A stretch of DNA of 64,000 nt from Candidatus Moraniibacteriota bacterium (GCA_963778555.1 CAVZUR010000002.1:37817-101816); one strand, 5' to 3'; numbered from the stretch's first letter, positions 30,184 to 39,984 are shown. The notes: generated by a model from the letters alone, not told the origin. A program made the numbers and translations.

Positions 30184-30981
30184 ATGCTTGAACGCTATAA
30201 CCTCATCTCTTGGAATGTCAACGGACTGCGCTCTGCGGGGAAGAAGGATTTCGTCGCGTGGATGCAGCAGGGTAAGTTTCCGATTGTTGCCGTCCAAGAG
30301 ACGAAGATCAGCGACCCCGATCAACTGACCGAGGAGCTTCGGAATCCGGACGGCTACACCAGCTATTTCAGCTGCTCGACAGAAAAGAAAGGCTACAGCG
30401 GCGTCGGAATCTACGTGAAGAAGCAGCCGCTCGCGGTGAAGACGTTTTTCGGGGACAATCTTCTTTCGCGCGAGGGGCGCGTGCTGGAGATGGAATTCCG
30501 GCACTTTACGCTCCTGAACGTCTATTTCCCCAATGGCGGTTCGGGCGAGCTCCGGTTGCAGTACAAGATGCAGTTTTACGAGGAATTTCTTCACTATCTG
30601 ATGCATCTCCGGAAGCAGGGGAAGAAGATCGTACTGTGCGGTGATGTGAACACAGCCCATCAAGCAATGGATTTGGCACGGCCCAAAGAGAATGCGAGCA
30701 CTTCCGGTTTCCTCGAGATGGAGCGGGCTTGGATCGATCGACTCATTGTAGCCGGCTTCACCGATACGTATCGTTTCCTCCATCCGACTGAAGTCGGGTA
30801 TACCTGGTGGGATATGAAGACTCGCTCGCGCGAACGTAATGTCGGATGGCGGATCGATTATTTCTTCGTCGACTCCCGTCTCGTCGGAAATGTAAAAGAG
30901 GCGATCATTCTTGCAGATGTGGCGGGTTCTGATCATTGCCCAATCGGACTGTCACTCGTGTTTTCCGATACCGAAGCCTAG
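30184..30981 (+). CDS. xth: exodeoxyribonuclease III (AP endonuclease, Xth family)
   Basis: 'ISWNVNGLR', 'DHCPI', and the EEP-fold blocks. Confidence 0.85.
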   Translation: MLERYNLISWNVNGLRSAGKKDFVAWMQQGKFPIVAVQETKISDPDQLTEELRNPDGYTSYFSCSTEKKGYSGVGIYVKKQPLAVKTFFGDNLLSREGRVLEMEFRHFTLLNVYFPNGGSGELRLQYKMQFYEEFLHYLMHLRKQGKKIVLCGDVNTAHQAMDLARPKENASTSGFLEMERAWIDRLIVAGFTDTYRFLHPTEVGYTWWDMKTRSRERNVGWRIDYFFVDSRLVGNVKEAIILADVAGSDHCPIGLSLVFSDTEA

Positions 30982-30984
30982 ACC

Positions 30985-32199
30985 ATGTCTCTGGACGAAA
31001 CAATCTTGCATGTTCCCTTAGCGGAGCGCTGCCGGCCGCGACGACTCGCGGACTTCATCGGACAAGAAAAGATTCTCGGTGAGGGCTCGTTTTTGCGCCA
31101 TGCAATCGGCGCGGACCGAGTACCATCGCTGTTGTTCTGGGGACCGCCCGGGAGCGGCAAGACAACCTTGGCCCGACTTATCGCCGAGGAAACGAAATCG
31201 CATTTCATCCAGCTCTCCGCGGTGGAAAGCGGGAAGAAGGATATTCAGCGGATTGTCGAGGGAGCTCGCGCGACGGAGCGGCTCGGTGCTCGGACCATTC
31301 TCTTCGTCGATGAGATCCACCGCTGGAACAAGTCCCAGCAGGATGCCCTGTTGCCGCATGTTGAAAATGGCACGATTACCCTCATCGGCGCGACGACGGA
31401 GAATCCGAGTTTCGAAGTGAACGCGGCGCTGCTCTCGCGGACACGGGTACTGGTTCTAACGCCCCATTCATCCACAGATATCCTTTCGCTTCTCGTGGCC
31501 GCTCTCGAAACAGATGAGGTATTGAAGCGGGGGAAAGTCAAGGCAGAGAGCGCGGCCTTACGTTTCATCGCCGGGATTTCGGGCGGCGATGCACGAGCGG
31601 CCTACAATATTCTCGAGGCTTGCGCGAGTCTGGGGCAGCTGATCACATCGGAATTGGTCGAGGGGGTCGTGGAGCGTTCGCATATCCTCTACGACAAAGC
31701 CGGAGAGGAGCATTATAATATCATCTCAGCTCTCCATAAATCGATGCGTGGCGGCGATGCCGATGCGGCGCTCTATTGGCTCGGTCGGATGCTGGAGGCA
31801 GGGGAGGATCCGCTCTATATTGCTCGCCGCCTCGTCCGTTTTGCGTCCGAGGATGTGGGAATAGGGAATTCGTTCGCGCTGCCGCAAGCGGTCGCCGCCT
31901 ATCAGGCTGCCCAGTATATCGGCATGCCTGAGTGTTCGGTCAATCTCGCCCAGGCGGTCGTGTACCTCGCACAGTCGAAAAAGTCGAATGCGCTCTACAC
32001 CGCGTATAGCAAAGTGAAAGCCGATATCGCCGCTTTCCCGAATGAGTCAGTCCCACTCTATCTGCGCAATGCCCCGACCACATTCATGCAGGATCTCGGC
32101 TACGGAAAAGGATATAAATATACGCCGGAATTCAAGAATCCAGCGGCCGCGGCTCAGGACTACTTGCCTGAGAAATTACGGGGGAGGAAATACTTGTAA
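30985..32199 (+). CDS. rarA: replication-associated recombination protein A (RarA/MgsA AAA+ ATPase)
   Basis: 'LLFWGPPGSGKTTLARLIA', 'ILFVDEIHRWNKSQQD', and the MgsA C-terminal domain. Confidence 0.9.
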   Translation: MSLDETILHVPLAERCRPRRLADFIGQEKILGEGSFLRHAIGADRVPSLLFWGPPGSGKTTLARLIAEETKSHFIQLSAVESGKKDIQRIVEGARATERLGARTILFVDEIHRWNKSQQDALLPHVENGTITLIGATTENPSFEVNAALLSRTRVLVLTPHSSTDILSLLVAALETDEVLKRGKVKAESAALRFIAGISGGDARAAYNILEACASLGQLITSELVEGVVERSHILYDKAGEEHYNIISALHKSMRGGDADAALYWLGRMLEAGEDPLYIARRLVRFASEDVGIGNSFALPQAVAAYQAAQYIGMPECSVNLAQAVVYLAQSKKSNALYTAYSKVKADIAAFPNESVPLYLRNAPTTFMQDLGYGKGYKYTPEFKNPAAAAQDYLPEKLRGRKYL

Positions 32200-32242
32200 A
32201 AAAATGAACGCCCCGGCAAGCCAGGGCGTATCGAGACGCGCA

Positions 32243-32479
32243 TTAGTCAGAAAGGAACGAATCGCTGCATTTCAGGATTCGGTTCGGATCGACATGGGGA
32301 GTCAGCGCCAGTGACTCTCGGCAGCACGCGTAGATGTTTTGTTTCGTACCATGGACGGTCACTCGGCATACCCAGCGTTTGTCGTAGCGGTCATGACCGC
32401 AACGGAGGCATGGATTTGACGATTGCGTCAACGGCATGCCTAGAGCTTTCAGATCCTTCCGATCAGCACCTTCAAACAT
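32243..32479 (-). CDS. hypothetical Cys-rich small protein (78 aa)
   Basis: ATG at 32479 with a consensus Shine-Dalgarno 'AAAAGGAGAGAACT-ATG'. It has 5 Cys, 'CLRCGH...CRV...CC'. No family recognised. Confidence 0.45.
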   Translation of the reverse strand: MFEGADRKDLKALGMPLTQSSNPCLRCGHDRYDKRWVCRVTVHGTKQNIYACCRESLALTPHVDPNRILKCSDSFLSD

Positions 32480-32753
32480 AGTTCTCTCCTTTTCAGTTGG
32501 GAATGAACGAAAAAACCGGTTCCTTGTGGGAGACCGGCTTCTTTTTGTCCTCGAGCTGCATTTCCTATAGGCATTCAAGAGCAAAAACAAATCGGTCTCC
32601 CTTCTTCCAAAAGAAGAAGGCAAAAATCGAGCGAATCAACATGGACCGATATGTCTGCATATGGAAAAAGTATACAAATCTCGCCCGACGGTGTCAAACG
32701 GCCAGCGAGGTGCTACAATGAGTGCTGTTTACTTCCTCACTGCGTAAGTCCCA

Positions 32754-34139
32754 TTGCCTTTTATGCGTATCCGGACCGAGCGAACGCCACCGAAAGAAGC
32801 TGTCTTGGTTGTTTTTCGAGCTGGAGAGGGGGAGGATTGGCACCAGAGTACAGGCAATCGTCCTACCCTTGAACTTGGCATTGGTTCGCCGCCGGTTCTG
32901 AAACGACGCGGATTCATTCTCCTCATCCGGCGCATTATTACGGCGGCCAAGACAAAAAAAATCACTGCGCTCGTGATCGACTTCGCTCGCCTCCGAGAAT
33001 TAGCGACGGATATCGCTGACGCAGAATTGGCCGAGCTCGTGAGTGTGAATCTATTATTGGCCGACTATGCGTTTGAGGATTATAAAACCGCACCGATTGA
33101 CGGTTTCCCTCATGTGAAAAATGTCTATCTCTTGCATGCAAAAAGCACAGCTATTGCAATCGGCCTGAAACGGGGGGGAGTCATTGGCGAGGAAACCAAT
33201 GCCGCGCGGCATATTTCGACGATGCCAGCGGGAGAAATGACACCGGCCATATTGGCGCAGCATGCGCGCAAAACCATGCAGCGCCTCCCGGTGACGGTCA
33301 CGGTCTGGGATGAGCGACAGATCAAGCGTGCTGGCATGCGTGGAATTATCGCGGTCGGCAAGGGATCGGCTTCGAAGCCGCGTTTCATCATCCTTGAGTA
33401 TCGCGGCGGAAAAAAGTCGGACCCACCGGTCATTCTCATAGGAAAAGGCGTAACATTTGATGCAGGCGGCATCAATCTTAAACCGACGACTGCCCTACTC
33501 GGGATGAATATGGATATGTCGGGCGGGGCATGTGTGATTCATACGCTTGCGGCGTGCGCCCGGTTGAAATCCTCGAAGCATCTCATCGTGCTCGTTCCGG
33601 CAGTGGAAAATATGATTTCAGGAGAAAGCTACCGTCCCGGCGATATCATCCGTACCCTCTCGGGTAAGACCATCGAAGTTCAGGACACGGACGCGGAGGG
33701 TCGAATCATCTTGGCGGACGCACTCACGTACGCCAAGCAGTTTGATCCCAGCCTCGTCGTTGATGTCGCGACGCTGACCGGATCGGCGATGGTGGCACTC
33801 GGCGAACGCGCCTCGGCACTCTTTACCGAGGATGAGAAGCTTGAGACGAAGCTTCGGCATATCGGCGCAGCCGTGGTGGATCCAGTATGGCCGCTGCCCC
33901 TCTGGGATGAATACCTTGAAGATATCAAGGGGTCCTACGGCGATATCGGGAATGTTGGGAACACGAAATGGGGCGGCGCGATCACGGCGGCCATCTTTCT
34001 GAAACAATTCATTGCGTATCCATGGGCGCATCTCGATATCGCGCCGCGCATGACCAGTATTGCCGGCGAGCATTTGGCAAAAGGATCGATCGGCGCCGGT
34101 GTGCAGCTCCTCGTGCGCTTTCTCTCAAATAAGAAATGA
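32754..34139 (+). CDS. pepA: leucyl aminopeptidase (M17 family)
   Basis: M17 signature 'NTDAEGRIILADALTYA', 'KGVTFDAGG', and the catalytic Lys and Asp blocks. Confidence 0.9.
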   Translation: MPFMRIRTERTPPKEAVLVVFRAGEGEDWHQSTGNRPTLELGIGSPPVLKRRGFILLIRRIITAAKTKKITALVIDFARLRELATDIADAELAELVSVNLLLADYAFEDYKTAPIDGFPHVKNVYLLHAKSTAIAIGLKRGGVIGEETNAARHISTMPAGEMTPAILAQHARKTMQRLPVTVTVWDERQIKRAGMRGIIAVGKGSASKPRFIILEYRGGKKSDPPVILIGKGVTFDAGGINLKPTTALLGMNMDMSGGACVIHTLAACARLKSSKHLIVLVPAVENMISGESYRPGDIIRTLSGKTIEVQDTDAEGRIILADALTYAKQFDPSLVVDVATLTGSAMVALGERASALFTEDEKLETKLRHIGAAVVDPVWPLPLWDEYLEDIKGSYGDIGNVGNTKWGGAITAAIFLKQFIAYPWAHLDIAPRMTSIAGEHLAKGSIGAGVQLLVRFLSNKK

Positions 34140-34320
34140 ACGGTTGACGAAGACTTCCGAGATTGCAGATAGGAACATATCCTGACCCTTGACAGAGAGT
34201 TGCATCTTTGAAACGATCTGATATACTGGAATTGCTGAACTCCTTCCACCCCCCTCACCATCTATTGTCACACCGACGCCCCAATACTTGGTCCTGTGGA
34301 AGGACCAGCACTCGCGAGCA

Positions 34321-34359
34321 GAGGGATTCAACAACGTTGAACCCTCGCTTTTCTTTATT
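34321..34359 (+). terminator. rho-independent terminator (first of a tandem pair; second at 34392-34422)
   Basis: GAGGGATTCAAC/GTTGAACCCTC stem followed by GCTTTTCTTTATT. The second hairpin AACGCTC/GAGCGTT is followed by TTTTTGGCTTTTT. Confidence 0.6.
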
Positions 34360-34475
34360 AGGGAGTAATTTCTGAGAATATTCGTGAAAGTAACGCTCAA
34401 TGAGAGCGTTTTTTGGCTTTTTAAAAGGGTATTTGCGTATATTTGGAAAGTGTCATAAAATGGGTAGTAAGAACA

Positions 34476-34500
34476 GTGAAGTGGTGAAATGTGGTGAATT
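34476..34500 (+). promoter_or_regulatory. candidate MraZ-box direct repeats (GTGAA-GTGGTGAAAT-GTGGTGAATT) upstream of mraZ
   Basis: Three GTG(G/A)-containing pentamers repeat at 10-bp phase about 85 nt upstream of the mraZ start codon. Confidence 0.45.
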
Positions 34501-34585
34501 TCACGGAAACACGTTTACGGTTCGGTTTTGCCACGCTCTGTCGGGCACGCACTGGCGGCTCGTTGGGGTTTAAGTCTGCGCGCTT

Positions 34586-35020
34586 ATGTTCATCGGCGAG
34601 TATCAACATTCGATCGATCCAAAAAAGCGCCTGGCGCTGCCTTCGAAATTTCGCGGGGAGCTCGGAACCCGGGTCGTCGTGACCCGTGGACTCGATCGTT
34701 CACTTTTCGTCTATCCGGTGAAAGTGTGGGAGATACTCGCGGGAAAGCTCGGTGCGCTTCCGGTCGGTGAAACAGGTACGCGCAGCTTTATTCGGCTGAT
34801 GCTCGCGGGCGCGACGGATGTCGAGCTCGACGCTCAGGGACGAGTGCTCATTCCCGAATACCTCAAGACCGAGGCGGGACTGAAGAAAGAGGTAACCGTT
34901 GTCGGGCTCTACAACCGGCTTGAGATCTGGGATACCAAAGAGTGGCAGAAGTACAAACACCGCGCCGAAAAGAATACCGAAAAAACTGCCAATGAACTCG
35001 GCAAACTCGGTATCTACTAG
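34586..35020 (+). CDS. mraZ: transcriptional regulator MraZ
   Basis: 'MFIGEYQHSIDPKKRLALPSKFR', duplicated SpoVT/AbrB-like halves, and position first in the dcw cluster. Confidence 0.9.
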   Translation: MFIGEYQHSIDPKKRLALPSKFRGELGTRVVVTRGLDRSLFVYPVKVWEILAGKLGALPVGETGTRSFIRLMLAGATDVELDAQGRVLIPEYLKTEAGLKKEVTVVGLYNRLEIWDTKEWQKYKHRAEKNTEKTANELGKLGIY

Positions 35021-35044
35021 TTTTCGAATACGTACCTCAACAAT

Positions 35045-35992
35045 ATGGAACAGGGAAACACAGAGCATGTCCCGGTCATGCTTGAGTCAGTGCTGAGCGC
35101 GCTCAATCTCCAACCGGGTATGCGAGTCGTCGATGCGACCTTGGGCGGCGGCGGATACACACGCGCTATCCTCGAGCGTATCGGTGAAGCCGGACGGCTG
35201 ATCGCGTTTGACTGGGATGAGTCAGCTATCGATCGGTTCCGGTCCCGCGCGGCCGATGATGCCATGCTCTCGGCGGCGCTCAGGACGAGTCGGCTCATTC
35301 TGGCTCGCGCATCCTATGCAGCCATCCGAAACGTCCTTCAGGAAAATGAATGGGCAGGAACTGATGCGATTGTCGCAGATCTCGGGCTCTCGAGCGACCA
35401 GCTGGCTGATCCGTCACGCGGTCTCAGCTTCCAGACGGACGGACCGCTCGATATGCGCCTCAATTCCGAAGAGACCGTCCAGGCAGCACACCTCCTCAAT
35501 CAATTGAGCGAGGCATCACTGACTGATCTCTTTCGCACCTACGGCGACGAGCCTGAAGCAAAGCGTATCGCGGCGGCCGTCGTATCCGCCCGTCGGAAAA
35601 TGCCTCTGACAACAACAACGGCGTTACGGGAACTCATTTGGGAAAACGTCGTTCCCGCTCGCCGACGTGGCAAGATCCATCCCGCTACCAGAGTCTTTCA
35701 GGCGTTGCGCATTGCCGTCAACAGTGAACTCACCCATCTCGAGCAATTCCTGTCGGCCATTCCGGCCGTACTCCTGCCCAACGGGAGAGCGGCGATCGTC
35801 GCGTTCCACTCGGGTGAGGAAAGAATCGTGAAGCACCTGTTCCAGCTAGAGACCCGTTCAAAGGAACCACGCTTAGTCTGGGTGACGAAAAAACCGATCG
35901 TTCCCAGCGTGGCAGAAATTCGAGCGAATCCGCGCTCTCGCAGCGCGAAGCTCCGGGTCGTCGAACGCCTCGCCTCGCCGAAACAAAAATAA
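35045..35992 (+). CDS. rsmH: 16S rRNA (cytosine1402-N4)-methyltransferase RsmH (MraW)
   Basis: 'VVDATLGGGGYTRAIL' and the 'DLGLSSDQL' blocks. Confidence 0.9.
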   Translation: MEQGNTEHVPVMLESVLSALNLQPGMRVVDATLGGGGYTRAILERIGEAGRLIAFDWDESAIDRFRSRAADDAMLSAALRTSRLILARASYAAIRNVLQENEWAGTDAIVADLGLSSDQLADPSRGLSFQTDGPLDMRLNSEETVQAAHLLNQLSEASLTDLFRTYGDEPEAKRIAAAVVSARRKMPLTTTTALRELIWENVVPARRRGKIHPATRVFQALRIAVNSELTHLEQFLSAIPAVLLPNGRAAIVAFHSGEERIVKHLFQLETRSKEPRLVWVTKKPIVPSVAEIRANPRSRSAKLRVVERLASPKQK

Positions 35993-36000
35993 AACAAAAT

Positions 36001-36354
36001 ATGCGCCTCTATTCCGAGCGTCAAATCCAAAGAAAGCCCTATTTTTCCGGGAAGCTCTGGGAGCCGTATGCCGCCGGCGCCCATGTCGCGGTCGTCGCAC
36101 TCCTGGCGCTGTCGCTCCTCTCGGCGGGCCTGTATGTCTACTCGGTGAATCGGAGCGCGGTCCAAGGTTATGCCATACGAACGCTCGAACAGGAATTGCG
36201 ACAATTAAAGAAGGTGAATACCGAGCTCCGGATTCATGAAGCTGAAGCCCAATCGCTCTCGCGTATCGAGGCCGGCAGTCTTGAACTCCGGATGGAAAAG
36301 GTGGGGACCAGTCATATTATCAATACCCAATCGAACGCCGTCGCTTTCCGCTGA
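36001..36354 (+). CDS. ftsL: cell division protein FtsL-like (single TM + coiled coil)
   Basis: 117 aa with one TM and a coiled coil, located between rsmH and ftsI. Confidence 0.55.
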   Translation: MRLYSERQIQRKPYFSGKLWEPYAAGAHVAVVALLALSLLSAGLYVYSVNRSAVQGYAIRTLEQELRQLKKVNTELRIHEAEAQSLSRIEAGSLELRMEKVGTSHIINTQSNAVAFR

Positions 36355-36364
36355 GTCTCTCCTT

Positions 36365-38128
36365 ATGCCGACCATGCGTGCTCCGCTTCAGCCAGCTTCC
36401 CGTCCGGCTCGTCCGGCAGCGCGCTGGCGGCTGTATTTTTTCCGCGGCGCCCTGTTTCTTTTAGGGTTTGTAATCATCGGCCGACTCTACGTGATTCAAG
36501 TCATTGGCCGGGAGAAATGGGTTGCAATGGCCGAGGGACAACACACGGTGGCCCAGGCGTTGCGAGCGGAACGGGGAAGCATCTCGCTGCGTGAGGGTGC
36601 AGAGAGCTATCCTGTCGCCGTGAATCGCGAATATCGGCTCGTCTACGTTATCCCCAAGCTCGTGGAGGATGTTCCGGGTACCGCGATTACGCTCGCGGCC
36701 GTGCTCGGCGTTGATGAATCGATGGTGCGGGAGAGACTTTCGGACCGAGCTGATCCGTTCGAGATCATCAAAAGGAAAATCAGTCCGGAAGAGGAATCCA
36801 AACTTAGGGAGCTCGATCTGAAAGGCGTCAGTTTTCTGCCCGAGGGATATCGCTATTATCCAGCTGGCGAACTAGCCTCGAAGGTCATCGGCTTCGTCGG
36901 ACCGGGCGATGACGGTGAGATTGGTATTTACGGTGCTGAAGCGAGTTGGAACAGTGAACTTCACGGCCAGGACGGCACTCTCTCCCAAGAGCGAGACGCG
37001 GCTGGCCGTTGGCTCTCGCTGACTGATCGGGAACATGTCGAGCCGAAAGATGGAGAAAGTATTGTCTTGACGATTGATCGCGTCGTCCAGTACGAAGTGG
37101 AAAAGATTCTCAGTGAAGCCCGCGAACGCTTCAATGCCGATGCCGCCTCAGCGATTGTCCTTGAGCCGAAGACGGGGAAGATCCTCGCGCTCGCCGCTGT
37201 GCCGCAGTTCAATCCGAATGAATACGGAAAAACCGAAGATCTCAGTCGCTTCATGAATGCACTCGTCAGTCTGCCATATGAGGCGGGATCGGTGATGAAG
37301 CCGTTCACGATGGCGATCGGCATTGAGGAGGGGAAAGTCAGCCCGAACACGGAATTCATCGACACGGGCGTCGTGAACGAGGCGGGCTATGCTATCCGGA
37401 ACGCCGAAGGGAAAGTCTACGGCCGGAGCTCCATGACTACAGTGCTCGATGAATCGATCAATACCGGCGTCATGTTCGTCGAGCGCCTCGTCGGCCCGGC
37501 GGCGTTCCGTGAAGGGTTGAAGAATTTCGGTTTTGGTTCCCGAACCGGCATTCGACTGCCAGCGGAGCATGCCGGGAATCTGCGCAATCTCGATAACTTG
37601 AAATCCACGATCCAGTTCCTGACGGCATCTTTCGGCCAAGGCATCACGGTGACGCCGCTCCAGCTCGCGATGGCGTATGGAGTACTCGCGAATGACGGCA
37701 TCCTCATGAAGCCGCAGATCGTTGAACGCATCACGGACCGGAATGGCGCGACGCGGACACTGGAACCCACGGAAGTGCGGCGAGTACTCTCCCAAGCGAC
37801 GGCGCGCACGGTTGGCGAAATGCTGCGGAGTGTTGTCGTCAACGGCCACGGGAAACGAGCGGATGTGCCTGGGTATCTCGTCGGGGGTAAGACGGGGACC
37901 GCTCAGGTGGCGAAATCCAATGCCCAGGGTTATGAGGAAAACATCACCATCGGGTCATTCGCCGGTTATGCGCCGATCAACGATCCGCGTTATGTTATCG
38001 TCGTGAAGTTTGACAATCCGCGAGACGTCCAGTGGGCCGAATCGAGCGCCGCGCCGACGTTCGGCGCCATCATGCGATTCTTGCTCTCGTATGCTACAGT
38101 ACCGACGACCGAAACCATCAAGCCATAA
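36365..38128 (+). CDS. ftsI: peptidoglycan D,D-transpeptidase FtsI / PBP2-class penicillin-binding protein
   Basis: SxxK 'SVMKPFT', SxN 'SIN' and 'KTGTA' motifs, plus an N-terminal TM and a PBP dimerisation domain. The start is the first ATG (36365) before the TM. Confidence 0.85.
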   Translation: MPTMRAPLQPASRPARPAARWRLYFFRGALFLLGFVIIGRLYVIQVIGREKWVAMAEGQHTVAQALRAERGSISLREGAESYPVAVNREYRLVYVIPKLVEDVPGTAITLAAVLGVDESMVRERLSDRADPFEIIKRKISPEEESKLRELDLKGVSFLPEGYRYYPAGELASKVIGFVGPGDDGEIGIYGAEASWNSELHGQDGTLSQERDAAGRWLSLTDREHVEPKDGESIVLTIDRVVQYEVEKILSEARERFNADAASAIVLEPKTGKILALAAVPQFNPNEYGKTEDLSRFMNALVSLPYEAGSVMKPFTMAIGIEEGKVSPNTEFIDTGVVNEAGYAIRNAEGKVYGRSSMTTVLDESINTGVMFVERLVGPAAFREGLKNFGFGSRTGIRLPAEHAGNLRNLDNLKSTIQFLTASFGQGITVTPLQLAMAYGVLANDGILMKPQIVERITDRNGATRTLEPTEVRRVLSQATARTVGEMLRSVVVNGHGKRADVPGYLVGGKTGTAQVAKSNAQGYEENITIGSFAGYAPINDPRYVIVVKFDNPRDVQWAESSAAPTFGAIMRFLLSYATVPTTETIKP

Positions 38129-39460
38129 ATGACCATGAAGACTCAGACTACTACGCTGAAAAAGGGGATGGCCCGATTATTCGGGGCGCTGGCCCGGACG
38201 GTGCTCCGTGCTCGCCAGCCGATTGTCGTCGGTATCACTGGCTCGGTCGGGAAAAGCTCGGCCAAGGAAGCGATTGCACTCGTCCTTTCGAAGAATTACC
38301 AGGTACGTTTCTCGCCTGGAAACTATAATAATGAATTTGGACTACCCGCCGCCATTCTCGGAATTTCGAGTCCGGGGCGATCGATCAGGCGTTGGTGCTC
38401 CGCTCTGGTCCACTGGTTCGCTATCATGCTTCGTCTGGAGGCGTATCCCGAAGTACTCGTACTGGAGCTGGGAGTGGATCATCCCGGAGACATGGACTAT
38501 CTCCTGGGAATCGTCCAACCGGATGTCGCGGTACTCACGCGGATAGCGGGAAGCCATTTGGCGAATTTCGAGAACCTTGCGCAGATCGCCAAAGAAAAAG
38601 GCAAGCTCATTGCGGCATTGCCCGAGACCGGCTCCGCTGTCCTGAACGCAGATGATGAACGGGTGATGCGGCAAGTGGAACGGACAAAAGCGGCAATCAT
38701 CTCGTTCGGCCTTTCGCCGGCGGCGACGCTGTCGGCCGACAATATCCGCCTCTTACAGGAAAATGGCCGCGTTGATGGGCTGTCGCTCAAGCTCAACTCG
38801 GGTGGGAAGTCTATCCCAGTACGTCTCCCGCACGTGATCGGACGGCATCATCTCACCGCGGCGCTCGCGGCGGCGGGCGTGGGAGTGGCGCTCAAGATGA
38901 ATCTGGTCGATATCGCCGCTGCGCTCGCGGGCTTCAAGCCGCTGCCGGGACGCATGAGCCTTCTCCTGGGGGACAACGCCGTCCGTATCATCGATGACAC
39001 TTATAATGCTTCAGTGGTTTCGACCGAAGCGGCGCTATCTACGCTGCGCGAACTCATTGCGCCGCGCAAAGTCGTCGTGCTTGGCGATATGCTCGAACTT
39101 GGTCCGGGATCGGATGAAGCCCATCGATCGCTTCGCGACGCAGTCATCGCGAGCGGGGCCACGGTCTGCGTCGGCGTCGGCCAGCATATGCGTTTTCTCG
39201 TTGATGCGCTGCGTGGAACGAATTTTCCCGACAAGAGCCTGTATCATTTTCTCGATCCGGTTGCTGGCGCAGCCGGTATCGGCGCCATTACTCGTCCTGG
39301 CGATCTGGTCTTGGTTAAGGGATCGCAGGGCTTGCGGATGGAATATATCGTTGCCGCGATTGTCGGCGAGCGGTCGGCGATCGAGAAAGAGCGATTGCTC
39401 TGCCGCCAGTCAGCCAGTTGGCGGTCGACACCCTTTACTGCTCCGGAGGAATGGCAATGA
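38129..39460 (+). CDS. murF: UDP-N-acetylmuramoyl-tripeptide--D-alanyl-D-alanine ligase MurF
   Basis: Mur ligase P-loop 'GITGSVGKSS' and MurF C-terminal 'IDDTYNAS'. Confidence 0.8.
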   Translation: MTMKTQTTTLKKGMARLFGALARTVLRARQPIVVGITGSVGKSSAKEAIALVLSKNYQVRFSPGNYNNEFGLPAAILGISSPGRSIRRWCSALVHWFAIMLRLEAYPEVLVLELGVDHPGDMDYLLGIVQPDVAVLTRIAGSHLANFENLAQIAKEKGKLIAALPETGSAVLNADDERVMRQVERTKAAIISFGLSPAATLSADNIRLLQENGRVDGLSLKLNSGGKSIPVRLPHVIGRHHLTAALAAAGVGVALKMNLVDIAAALAGFKPLPGRMSLLLGDNAVRIIDDTYNASVVSTEAALSTLRELIAPRKVVVLGDMLELGPGSDEAHRSLRDAVIASGATVCVGVGQHMRFLVDALRGTNFPDKSLYHFLDPVAGAAGIGAITRPGDLVLVKGSQGLRMEYIVAAIVGERSAIEKERLLCRQSASWRSTPFTAPEEWQ

Positions 39461-39538
39461 ACGCTGGACAATGGATTGAACTTTCGGTCCCGATGGCATA
39501 CTATAAATGTGTAGTCATTTAAACCACAATACCTCTGG

Positions 39539-39937
39539 ATGCGTATGACCGATTCAACGCGGGACAAGGAATTTATCGAATACGTCGTGAAGATGTTGGT
39601 GGACAATCCGGATAGCGTGAAAGTTGAGCGGAAAATCGACGAGATGGGGGTGCTCATTACGCTTGATGTCCACGCGGACGACATGGGCATGGTCATCGGC
39701 CGCGAGGGGATGACGGCCAAAGCGCTCCGGACGCTTCTCAGGGTCATCGGGGCGCGGAACAATGCGCGTGTCAATCTGAAGATCAATGAACCGGAAGGTG
39801 GCGAACGGCGCGAACGCAAACACGAAGCGGTCGCACTAGCCGCGCCATTGGCACCCGCCGAGCCGTTCGAGCATGTCGTGCCCGAGACACCGGCCCCCCG
39901 CTCGCTCGAGGACGTGATGAACGATATCAAGCTCTAG
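39539..39937 (+). CDS. KH-domain RNA-binding protein (KhpA/YlqC-like) with C-terminal extension
   Basis: KH fold 'MGMVIGREGMTAKALRTLL', a promoter-like TTGAAC-17-TACTAT upstream, and a strong terminator downstream. Confidence 0.7.
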   Translation: MRMTDSTRDKEFIEYVVKMLVDNPDSVKVERKIDEMGVLITLDVHADDMGMVIGREGMTAKALRTLLRVIGARNNARVNLKINEPEGGERRERKHEAVALAAPLAPAEPFEHVVPETPAPRSLEDVMNDIKL

Positions 39938-39947
39938 CCGGTCGCAA

Positions 39948-39984
39948 GGCGTTCAGAACCAAATCTGGGCGCCTTTTTTGTTTT
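39948..39984 (+). terminator. rho-independent terminator
   Basis: A 10-bp stem GGCGTTCAGA/TCTGGGCGCC (2 G-U pairs) with loop ACCAAA, followed by TTTTTTGTTTT. Confidence 0.7.

Noticed and set aside
32497-32721. + strand ORFs in the rarA-pepA spacer (32497..32721, 32651..32872)
   Set aside because: They have no RBS and overlap the hairpin terminator and the pepA promoter (TGcTACAAT at 32707-32715). Their composition is untypical of proteins.
34291-34320. SRP (4.5S) RNA domain IV-like motif GGUCC...GGAAGGA...AGCA
   Set aside because: The motif sits in a perfect simple hairpin. It lacks the complementary 5' strand and the internal loops of SRP helix 8, so it is kept only as a generic sRNA candidate.
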